DNA of 19,877 nt from Abditibacteriaceae bacterium (GCA_031372065.1 JANMKN010000108.1:1-19877); one strand, 5' to 3'; numbered from the stretch's first letter, positions 1-7,423 are shown. The notes: generated from the letters alone by a model not told the origin. Program-made: numbers and translations.

Positions 1-1887
1 AACCCAGAATGCCTTGCGACGCCAGTTTCTATAATCCCAGACATCAGCAGGGTCTTGGCCTTCGTCTCCTGCTTCGATTTTCGCTATCAGCGCTAAACGC
101 TCGCTTTCGTGTGCCGCCGTGCGCTGGGCTGCCATTTGCTGTTTTTGCGCCTCAATCGCTGCGAGTTTCGCGTTATACGCTGCCACCTCATTCTGTCTGT
201 GCAATTCGTCGGCAATTTCACCGGCGCGCGGATTGACTACAGTCACGTTCCACGTCCGTGGTGGCGTAAATTCCGGCACTGTCTCGTTTATGCGCCCTTC
301 GAGCCTCGCAGCTTCAACGCCTTCCATGCAAGCCTTTAATTCAGCATCAAACGAATGATAAACCTTTTCGGGATGCTGTGCCGTTTTATTGGCCGCTAAC
401 GGCTCTGCACGGCGCGTTTTTTCGATAGGTTGAAATTGGAACTGCCAAGTGAATAAAAGCGCGTGTATGGCCTGTAAATGACCTTGTGTTGCCGTGTATT
501 GGGCAGACCACGCATTGTGAAGCGCCGCTGAGAAATAACGGCCTTCTGTGCGCGGCGTGCCAGATGAAAAACACTCTCCATACTCGTTGAATGTGTGAAC
601 GCCGCCATATTGAATTAGGCGCTTGATAACGCCGCCTGTAAGGTCTTGGATTGCCGAAAATGTGATATAGCTGCTGCTTAATTCATCTTCAACAACGACA
701 CGGTTTGAGTGATCACTATCAGGCGTGCCACCAAACAAATAAACCCGAATCGCCTCAAAATACTCCGCTTGCGTGAATTGAGGATTATTCATCATATACG
801 ACGCCAGCGTAGTGCTACCGCAAGCAATGGCAACGAAATTCAGAAAATAAACCACTTCCTGAATGATTTCTACAACTTGACGAGTAGGGCAATATGTGTA
901 GCTTATTGGCGGTTCGTTTTGAAATTGTCCCTGCGGAAACGTCTGTTCTTCCGAAAATCCAGCAACTTCGATTTGATGTAACAGAAATCCGACTTTCATC
1001 ACGCATTGCCACCAAACGCGATAAATTTCCTTTAAGGCATACTGCCGATAAATGTTCATTCGCCGCTTTTGCGCAGCATCTATTGCGAGGTTCGGAATCC
1101 GAGTAGTGAGCGCCGTGTTTTGCTCCTCTATGCTGCCGTCAGGGTATGCCACCCATCCTGAGTGTGTATATTGCATCGTTTCTAACGTCGCTTGAAACCA
1201 CGCGAAACGAGTTAAAACAGCGCTGCCGAAATCTGTTAATTTGATTGCGCCGTTTTTCTCGAAATAATAATCATCTTCTCCTAAGACACCTTTAAACCAT
1301 TGCTTCCGCATACGACCTTTAACAGTTTCGCGCGCCACGTCCAAAACTATAAAAGCGTCTTTTATATAACCGTCTGGATTGCGCGCTGTAAGGTCATACG
1401 AGCGAAAACCCGTTTCGTTAGTAAAATCGTATGGGATGCCATAAAAACCTTGAATTGGCCGCGTTGGTTGTGGAATTAGCGGGCTATTCCGCGTGCTAAG
1501 AATAGCGTCATCGTTGACAATTTCAGGATGCGTATAATAGGGCGTCAAAACAACGCACGGCGTTGATTTTAATATGCCGTGTGCCTGTTCTACCAACCAC
1601 ACCACAACGAAGTGGATATAGCTATTCACATACAAAAGCGCCTCAGCATACGCCAGACGGTTCGCCGTGTCTACCATCGCCTCTGTGGTCGCTGGAATCG
1701 AAAACAAATGGTCATTGTAATTCAACTCAAAAACAGAGACATAACCATTATCATCCGGCAAATGCTCTGCCTGATAGCCTTTAAACCTGTCTCTGTAAGT
1801 GTGGGTTATCGGCGTATGATACACGCGAAACAGATATTGCGCTGTGGCAGTTGTAATGGTTGCAGGGTTTCCTGATGTTGTAGGCAT
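1..1887 (-). CDS. Large hypothetical protein, >=629 aa, 3' end outside window; N-terminal region paralogous to the 279-aa neighbour; possible minor virion protein
   Basis: Manual translation from ATG at 1887 (MPTTSGNPATITTATAQYLFRVYHTP...) stays open with no stop to position 1 (...WDYRNWRRKAFWV). It is absent from the ORF track because no stop lies inside the window. The function is inference. Confidence 0.9.
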   Translation of the reverse strand, partial: MPTTSGNPATITTATAQYLFRVYHTPITHTYRDRFKGYQAEHLPDDNGYVSVFELNYNDHLFSIPATTEAMVDTANRLAYAEALLYVNSYIHFVVVWLVEQAHGILKSTPCVVLTPYYTHPEIVNDDAILSTRNSPLIPQPTRPIQGFYGIPYDFTNETGFRSYDLTARNPDGYIKDAFIVLDVARETVKGRMRKQWFKGVLGEDDYYFEKNGAIKLTDFGSAVLTRFAWFQATLETMQYTHSGWVAYPDGSIEEQNTALTTRIPNLAIDAAQKRRMNIYRQYALKEIYRVWWQCVMKVGFLLHQIEVAGFSEEQTFPQGQFQNEPPISYTYCPTRQVVEIIQEVVYFLNFVAIACGSTTLASYMMNNPQFTQAEYFEAIRVYLFGGTPDSDHSNRVVVEDELSSSYITFSAIQDLTGGVIKRLIQYGGVHTFNEYGECFSSGTPRTEGRYFSAALHNAWSAQYTATQGHLQAIHALLFTWQFQFQPIEKTRRAEPLAANKTAQHPEKVYHSFDAELKACMEGVEAARLEGRINETVPEFTPPRTWNVTVVNPRAGEIADELHRQNEVAAYNAKLAAIEAQKQQMAAQRTAAHESERLALIAKIEAGDEGQDPADVWDYRNWRRKAFWV

Positions 1888-1918
1888 GGCGTTGGACTCT
1901 CGCAGGATAGACAATTTA

Positions 1919-1951
1919 AAATAGCCCGAAACGCAATGTTTCGGGCTATTT
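1919..1951 (-). terminator. Intrinsic terminator-like hairpin downstream of the 279-aa gene
   Basis: Perfect 14-bp inverted repeat aaatagcccgaaac / gtttcgggctattt with a 5-nt loop. On the minus strand the stem ends in TATTTT, 24 nt after the stop codon. Confidence 0.8.
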
Positions 1952-1974
1952 GCTTTAACAGTAACGTTACGGGT

Positions 1975-2814
1975 TTATGCACCCGGTAACATGGGGAACG
2001 ACGGCGGGCGCACTAAAATACGCTCCGCAGCCTGCAACGCGTTGTAAGTGTCCCAAGCTGCGGAAACGATAGCCGCAATTGCTGCCAACACATTCGCAGG
2101 ATGGTTGCCTTGCGTGTAACGATTCCACATACGCCACGCCTGACGCGCCCACTCATTCAACTGACGTTGCACGCCTTCTGCAATTTGGTTCATCGGAGAA
2201 GTGCGGGTTTTCGTGGCTTTGATGATGCGAAAATCTTGCGCGGCGATGGTTTCCACCACGCGCTCAGTCACAAAGCCATTGACAGAAAGCGGAGGCAACT
2301 TCATTACAAAGTTGTTATCGTTAAACGCCTTTGCGATGTTCTCTGTTAGAGAATCACCAGCGCCATACTGTCCAACTGGCGACACGCTGAAACGGGGCGG
2401 AATCGTTCCAGCGTTCAAGTAATCGGCGTATTCTTGCGCGCTCAACACATGGCGAAGATACGTTATGCCGGGTTTGCCCAACTGCGCGGCTTTTTCGATT
2501 GCTAAACAAACCTGTTCAGCAGTTGAACCATCTCCGACATCATAAGCGGCGTTGCCGGTTTCTGAGAGAGGCACGGAAAACGAGCTATAGCGCACTGAGC
2601 GGCTATTCGCGTCCAATTCTGTGAATGTGGCGCGCAAGAAATTCGTGGTCTGAAACGTCACCACGGCTAAGGCAGCCGCCAAGTCAAGCCCTAACTGTTT
2701 GGCAGCGGCGCGAGTAAAAGCGCCTTCCGGCGCCACCCGAAACACTACGCTGTGAGTGTCGCGAGAACCGCGCCCACCCTGAGACATTGCGAGTTTAAGT
2801 CTGTAATCTGGCAT
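1975..2814 (-). CDS. Hypothetical protein, 279 aa; candidate major structural (capsid-like) protein of the element
   Basis: Long clean ORF with Ala/Gly/Thr-rich soluble composition, followed by a terminator hairpin. It shares ordered motifs with the downstream ORF. The structural role is inference only. Confidence 0.85.
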   Translation of the reverse strand: MPDYRLKLAMSQGGRGSRDTHSVVFRVAPEGAFTRAAAKQLGLDLAAALAVVTFQTTNFLRATFTELDANSRSVRYSSFSVPLSETGNAAYDVGDGSTAEQVCLAIEKAAQLGKPGITYLRHVLSAQEYADYLNAGTIPPRFSVSPVGQYGAGDSLTENIAKAFNDNNFVMKLPPLSVNGFVTERVVETIAAQDFRIIKATKTRTSPMNQIAEGVQRQLNEWARQAWRMWNRYTQGNHPANVLAAIAAIVSAAWDTYNALQAAERILVRPPSFPMLPGA

Positions 2815-2982
2815 GATGAAAAAATAAACCGTCCTTCTGAAAATTTTTACGCCAAAATCTCAAGTAACGATTTCTCGAAATTTCTTTGCGTAACCTTGTG
2901 ATTTGCCGCCGCGCAGTTCCTCGGAAAATCGTTTTTCTCTGCGTCGTTGGTAGCAACAAACAATGATTTTTAATGAAAAATT

Positions 2983-3324
2983 CTATTGTTCGCCGCGTAA
3001 CAAGTAGGGATTAGAAACCAGTTTGAAACTCCACTTTGTTTCAGGCGTAAGCCCGAAAATCAGCTATTCCAAAATCGATCCTAATACCGCGCCTTCTGGT
3101 AACGTTACTGCCTTGCTGCGATGAACGTCGCCTGCAAGCGCTGAGTTTTTAGACCAAATGACGTAGTAATGAGAATTTTCTACAGAGTGAGGAAATCTCA
3201 CCGTTACGGTTGTCGCGTCCGGTGTCCACGTCACGCTATTTGAATCAACTAAAACGTCTTTGTCGAACGCGTCTGTAGGCTGTTCTAACGTTGCTAATTC
3301 AAAGAAGCGTGAGCGTTTGATCAT
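2983..3324 (-). pseudogene. Ig/FN3-like small protein interrupted by an in-frame TAG at 3064-3066 (86 aa to the first stop, 113 aa if read through)
   Basis: After TAG the frame continues LIFGLTPETKWSFKLVSNPYLLRGEQ* to TAG at 2983-2985. This matches the FN3-like GLxPxTxYxFxV pattern and the C-terminus of the upstream paralogue. Confidence 0.7.
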
Positions 3325-3374
3325 TGAAAATTGTTAGCGCGCTGTAGGCTTTTTAATGCCCACATACGCGTGTG

Positions 3375-3698
3375 CTATGCAGTCCAATCGTAATCAGCTG
3401 CGACGACGCGAAAACGATAAACATACCCTGCGTTAAAGTGGTTAGAAACGACGTGCCATTTTATGACAGGGTATCCATCGTAGGTCACATGGTCAACATC
3501 AGACGCGAGGAACGGGCCGTGCGTAGCAATAACGTTGTCGTTTACATCGCCAACTTCAAAACCGAAATGCGTCATTGCGTCATCGTAGACAAATGATGCG
3601 CGAAATGTGTCTTGCAGTGCTTCCATGTCCACGTCGCCCAAATCCGAACCCTCCTCCTCAAACGTTTGCATCTCAAAAAAACTTGAGCGTTTCAGCAT
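3375..3698 (-). CDS. Small acidic beta-rich protein, 107 aa, Ig/FN3-like C-terminus
   Basis: Strong SD (AAGGAGG) upstream of ATG. C-terminal AGYVYRFRVVA resembles FN3 terminal strands. The N-terminus MLKRSSFFEMQTFE is shared with the next gene. Confidence 0.85.
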   Translation of the reverse strand: MLKRSSFFEMQTFEEEGSDLGDVDMEALQDTFRASFVYDDAMTHFGFEVGDVNDNVIATHGPFLASDVDHVTYDGYPVIKWHVVSNHFNAGYVYRFRVVAADYDWTA

Positions 3699-3772
3699 TC
3701 TTTCAAACCTCCTTTTTTCAGCTTGCGCGCGTGTTTGGAGTGAGTTGGTGACATCAAACCAATGTGCGGGCG

Positions 3773-3800
3773 CTTCTCATCAATAGGCGTTTTAGCCGAA
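3773..3800 (-). other. Second, degenerate dif-like site in inverted orientation
   Basis: The minus strand reads ttcggctaaaa-cgccta-ttgatgagaag. It has the same central hexamer and flanking aa/ttg as the 3800-3827 site, giving an 11-bp perfect inverted repeat at 3781-3791 / 3809-3819. Confidence 0.5.
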
Positions 3801-3827
3801 CCTGACATAACGCCTATTGTGTCAGGT
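3800..3827 (+). other. dif-like XerC/XerD recombination site (candidate chromosomal dif or att junction)
   Basis: acctgacataa-cgccta-ttgtgtcaggt has two near-palindromic 11-bp arms around a 6-bp spacer. The inner cataa / ttgtgt matches the dif consensus inner cataa-N6-ttatgt. Confidence 0.75.
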
Positions 3828-3881
3828 CAATGATCAAAACAATCTTTAGGAATTTAAATTAAATAATGTATTCCTATAAAA

Positions 3882-3946
3882 TATTTTTATGTATTATTAA
3901 AATTAGAGATTTTTAAAATCATTTGAAATAATAATACATAAAAATA
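3882..3946. repeat. 18-bp perfect inverted repeat in a very AT-rich spacer
   Basis: tatttttatgtattatta (3882-3899) / taataatacataaaaata (3929-3946), enclosing the palindrome gatttt-t-aaaatc (3908-3920). Confidence 0.8.
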
Positions 3947-4011
3947 CGATATATGCTTCTTAATTCATATGTTCCGTTTACAGATATATAGTAGGATTGA
4001 GAAGAATGAGA

Positions 4012-5706
4012 ATGAGCAAGAACCTCTTTTTAGTCAACTACGAAAACCCTGAACTCCGAATAGCAGAAGTCCGCAATAGTCGGCTACACGATTTAGATGT
4101 GGAACGATTTGCTGGTGATCTTGGCAGTATTTATATGGCTGCCATTTCAAATGTTCTTTCTGGTATGGAGGCCACTTTTGTGGATATCGGGCAGAAGAAG
4201 AACGGCTTGTTGCATTTCAGAGATATTCACTGGTTTCCCACAGACCAATCTCGGTCCAAAGCTAACGTTAAAATTGAGAACCTCAAAGTTAATCAGCCTT
4301 TAATGGTTCAGATTGCACGGCCCGGTGTTGGAAACAAGGGCCCGCGACTGACAACGCGCATCTCATTGCCGGGACGTTTTATTGTCTTGGTTTTTCCGTC
4401 GGAGTCTGTTGGTGTTTCGCGCAAAATTGAGTCGGAAGCCGAACGCCATCGTCTTCGCCATCTTATCGAAAAAATTCGCCCTTTCGATTGCGGGTTAATT
4501 GTTCGCACTGAGGCTGAGGGTATTTCGTCAGAGGCTATCGAAAATGATCTCCAAAATCTTCTTGCACAGTTGCAGAATTTGAAGGTTCTATCTAAAACCG
4601 TTACACCTCCGAGCTGTTTACATAAGGATTTGGGTATTTTGGGTAAATTAGTTCGTGATCGCTTGTCCTTGGATACAGAGGCTATTTATATTGATGATGA
4701 AACACAGTTCCAATTTTGCTCCGAAATGATGAAGAATTTCATTCCTGAATTATTGCCGCGTTTACAACTTTATTCCGAAAAAAGGCCCATTTTTGAGAGT
4801 TTTAATGTTAATAAAGATTACCAGAAAATTTTTAGTGATACAGTGACTCTTCCCCACGGTGGCTCGTTGATAATCGAGGAAACCGAGGCCTTAACTGTAA
4901 TTGACGTTAATACCAGTCGCTTTACAGGTAAAGACCGGGTCGCAGAGACCATTTTGCAAACAAACTTGGAGGCCGTGGTAGAGGCTTCCACGCAAATTCG
5001 ACTTAGGAATATTGGTGGTGTAATCGTCATTGATTTTATTGATATGGAAAGGACTAAGGATCGCGTTCAGGTATTAGATGCTTTAGAGGCTACCTTAAAA
5101 TTGGATAGAGTTAAGACGCATATCGTTCAACTCTCGCCATCAGGCTTGGTGGAAATCACCCGCCGCCGTGAAGGGTTAACGCTGGAGCGTTCAATGTATG
5201 AGCTATGCTCTACTTGCAGTGGTTCAGGTAGGTTAAAGACTGCCGAAACAGTTTCAATAGACATTCGGCGGCGTCTTCGTGCTTTGATTAAAGCACCAGA
5301 GCAAACAATTTCAATTCTTACGCATCCAGAAGTCGCTGCTTCATTACTTGGTTATCAAACCGAATTTATATCGCAACTGGAAAATGAGACTTCAGGCCGA
5401 TTCGTGGTGAGGGTGGACGAAACCATGCACCGGGAGAGCGTCCTAATTGATTCATTCGCGCCAGATGCCCCTTTTGATGAGAATGTGATAGAACGCTGCA
5501 CTATAGGCACACACGATCAGCTTTATCCACCCCACGCGCCAGAATATGCGGTATGGCAGAATCTCTTAGTAAAATTGCCCAACATATTTCCTATTTCAGA
5601 AGGAGCTTCCCATGCCAATGAAATAGTTGTGTTAGAAATTATTCATATTGGCCGATGGTTTGCGACGGCCCGAATTGTGCGAGGTCTAACGAATCCGCAA
5701 AATTAA
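4012..5706 (+). CDS. rng: Ribonuclease G/E family (Rne/Rng) with probable C-terminal TRAM-like extension
   Basis: S1 region (GMEATFVDIG...GLLH), KGPRLTTRISLPGRF, catalytic IDVNTS and IDFIDM motifs, Zn-link CSTCSGSG. Start placed at ATG 4012 (MSKNLFLV); the ORF track starts at TTG 3997. Confidence 0.93.
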   Translation: MSKNLFLVNYENPELRIAEVRNSRLHDLDVERFAGDLGSIYMAAISNVLSGMEATFVDIGQKKNGLLHFRDIHWFPTDQSRSKANVKIENLKVNQPLMVQIARPGVGNKGPRLTTRISLPGRFIVLVFPSESVGVSRKIESEAERHRLRHLIEKIRPFDCGLIVRTEAEGISSEAIENDLQNLLAQLQNLKVLSKTVTPPSCLHKDLGILGKLVRDRLSLDTEAIYIDDETQFQFCSEMMKNFIPELLPRLQLYSEKRPIFESFNVNKDYQKIFSDTVTLPHGGSLIIEETEALTVIDVNTSRFTGKDRVAETILQTNLEAVVEASTQIRLRNIGGVIVIDFIDMERTKDRVQVLDALEATLKLDRVKTHIVQLSPSGLVEITRRREGLTLERSMYELCSTCSGSGRLKTAETVSIDIRRRLRALIKAPEQTISILTHPEVAASLLGYQTEFISQLENETSGRFVVRVDETMHRESVLIDSFAPDAPFDENVIERCTIGTHDQLYPPHAPEYAVWQNLLVKLPNIFPISEGASHANEIVVLEIIHIGRWFATARIVRGLTNPQN

Positions 5707-5781
5707 CTTTGCAAAATTCAAATATCTCACCACAATTCTAGGTGCCATCTGGCACGTCCACAGCTTAAACTACTCACCTCA

Positions 5782-6540
5782 ATGTCAAGTTTTCAATTTC
5801 AAGAAATCGCTGCTCATTATGATGACCTTATGGAAGTAGTGCCCTATGATTTTTGGGCCGAATATGTCGTGACGCTTTTTGAATTCGTTGGATATCAGCC
5901 ATATGAAGTTTTGGATTGCGCCTGTGGAACTGGCAATCTTTCGTTAGAATTGGCGAAACTGGGTTTGTCTGTTACAGGAATTGACTTGTCGGCGCCTATG
6001 ATTCAGCAAGCGCAAAAGAAGTCTACCCTTAGCGATGTTCTCCCTGAGATGCATTTTTTTCAAGGCGATTTGTCAAATTTTAACTTAGGAAAGACCTTTG
6101 ACAGTGCGACTTGCCTCTACGACAGTCTCAATTACATATTGGATAATCAAAGCATTACAAACGCCTTTTCCTGTATCCGAAAACATTTAAAAACAGGAGG
6201 AATTTTCGTATTTGACTTTAACTCTGTGTGGGCTTTTGAAGCCAATCTGTTCTCACAGAATTCGCGAAAATCATCCACACCGCTGCAATATAATTGGAAG
6301 GCGCGCTTTGATGAAAAAACACGCATTTGCACAGTTCAAATGCAATTTACTCGGAGAAATTTTGATGGAAGTCTCACAGAATTCTCCGAAATTCACCGTG
6401 AGCGTGCTTATACTATTCCTGAAATTGAGGATTTTTTAAGGAAAACCGATTGGCGATTGCTTCATGTGTTCGATGCCTACACTCTTAATCGTCCACACTC
6501 CCGATCTGAACGATGGTTTTTTGTCGTTCAAGCAGCTTGA
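5782..6540 (+). CDS. Class I SAM-dependent methyltransferase
   Basis: VLDCACGTG motif I, GIDLSAPMI, CLYDSLNY, LKTGGIFVFD. Confidence 0.92.
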   Translation: MSSFQFQEIAAHYDDLMEVVPYDFWAEYVVTLFEFVGYQPYEVLDCACGTGNLSLELAKLGLSVTGIDLSAPMIQQAQKKSTLSDVLPEMHFFQGDLSNFNLGKTFDSATCLYDSLNYILDNQSITNAFSCIRKHLKTGGIFVFDFNSVWAFEANLFSQNSRKSSTPLQYNWKARFDEKTRICTVQMQFTRRNFDGSLTEFSEIHRERAYTIPEIEDFLRKTDWRLLHVFDAYTLNRPHSRSERWFFVVQAA

Positions 6541-6641
6541 TTTTTATTAAACATGATTATTCGAAATAATTGTGTTAGGTTAAAATGAAATGTAAAAAAT
6601 CTGCTAAAATCTCTTTGAATCCAACAAAAGGACTATTTGAA

Positions 6642-7394
6642 ATGCCTGTTTACGGACGTTTTCTCATCAACAATGAGCCTCGCCATGCTGAAGTTGAGAA
6701 CAACACAGTTTATTTTGTGAATGATTTATTTGGCGGCGCAGAGCGCACGGGTGAAAGTGCGCCCTTGGAGGGACTTAAGGTATTAGCGCCAGTTATGCCA
6801 AAAAAGTTGTTTGCCATCGGCTTGAACTATGTAGATCATGCCAAGGAATCCGGCAAGCCCGTGCCCGATGTGCCCTTGATGTGGTTTAAGGCACCAACAG
6901 CAGTCATAGCACACAACGAAACTGTCGAAATCGCCTATCCCGACCACAATACGGATTACGAAGGCGAACTGACTATCGTGATCGGTAAAACATGCAAAGG
7001 CGCCACCGAAGAAAGCGCTTTGGATTATGTTCTGGGTTACACCATCGGGCAGGACATCAGCGACAGAAATATACAATACTCGGAATCGCAGTGGGCACGG
7101 GCCAAATCGTTTGACACTTACGCGCCACTTGGCCCGTTTATTCACACCGGACTCGACTCGACGAATCTGCCAGTCGAAACCCGTGTCAATGGCGAAATCC
7201 GACAGAATAGCAGCACTAATCAGCTTGTGTTTGGCGTAGCAAAATTGGTAGCGTTTCTTAGTGAAGCCATAACCCTCGAACCTGGCGACTGCATTATGAC
7301 TGGCACACCTTTTGGTGTTGGCCCACTCAAATCTGGCGATGTCATCGAAACTCGCATTGGCCCGATGGGGCCTTTGGTGAATTCGGTTCGCTAA
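6642..7394 (+). CDS. Fumarylacetoacetate hydrolase family protein
   Basis: IGLNYVDHAKE, DYEGEL, WARAKSFDTYAPLGP, TLEPGDCIMTGTP. Start moved to ATG 6642, which has AAAGGA upstream. Confidence 0.93.
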   Translation: MPVYGRFLINNEPRHAEVENNTVYFVNDLFGGAERTGESAPLEGLKVLAPVMPKKLFAIGLNYVDHAKESGKPVPDVPLMWFKAPTAVIAHNETVEIAYPDHNTDYEGELTIVIGKTCKGATEESALDYVLGYTIGQDISDRNIQYSESQWARAKSFDTYAPLGPFIHTGLDSTNLPVETRVNGEIRQNSSTNQLVFGVAKLVAFLSEAITLEPGDCIMTGTPFGVGPLKSGDVIETRIGPMGPLVNSVR

Positions 7395-7423
7395 AGCGGC
7401 TTTGCCCTGCACAGTTTCACGTT

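Larger units (their letters stand above)
1..3827 (-). mobile_element. Putative integrated small virus/prophage-like element (right end; left end outside window), bounded by a dif-like site
   Basis: Four co-oriented genes of no recognisable housekeeping family, two internal paralogue pairs, ending exactly at a dif-like 28-mer. Core chromosomal genes start immediately to the right. No integrase or Rep gene is visible in the window. Confidence 0.65.

Noticed and set aside
1514..1538. Perfect TTGACA and TATAAT hexamers on the + strand, antisense to the large ORF
   Set aside because: The spacer is only 13 nt, too short for a sigma70 promoter, and it lies within coding sequence.
9..1875. Short ORF-track entries (9-236, 109-339, 386-574, 709-981, 1563-1784, 1579-1875 etc.)
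   Set aside because: They are shadows of the uninterrupted 629-codon minus-strand ORF.
2847..2963. Possible 38-codon TTG-start ORF upstream of the 279-aa gene
   Set aside because: No SD, no recognisable motif, and the length is compatible with chance. It is more likely promoter or UTR sequence.
1..3698. Element-wide TAG reassignment (alternative genetic code)
   Set aside because: The two long genes contain no in-frame TAG in about 900 codons. One TGG>TAG change explains the single interrupted gene more simply.
3773..3946. CRISPR array or IS terminal inverted repeats
   Set aside because: There are no regularly spaced direct repeats, no cas or transposase gene, and no target-site duplication.
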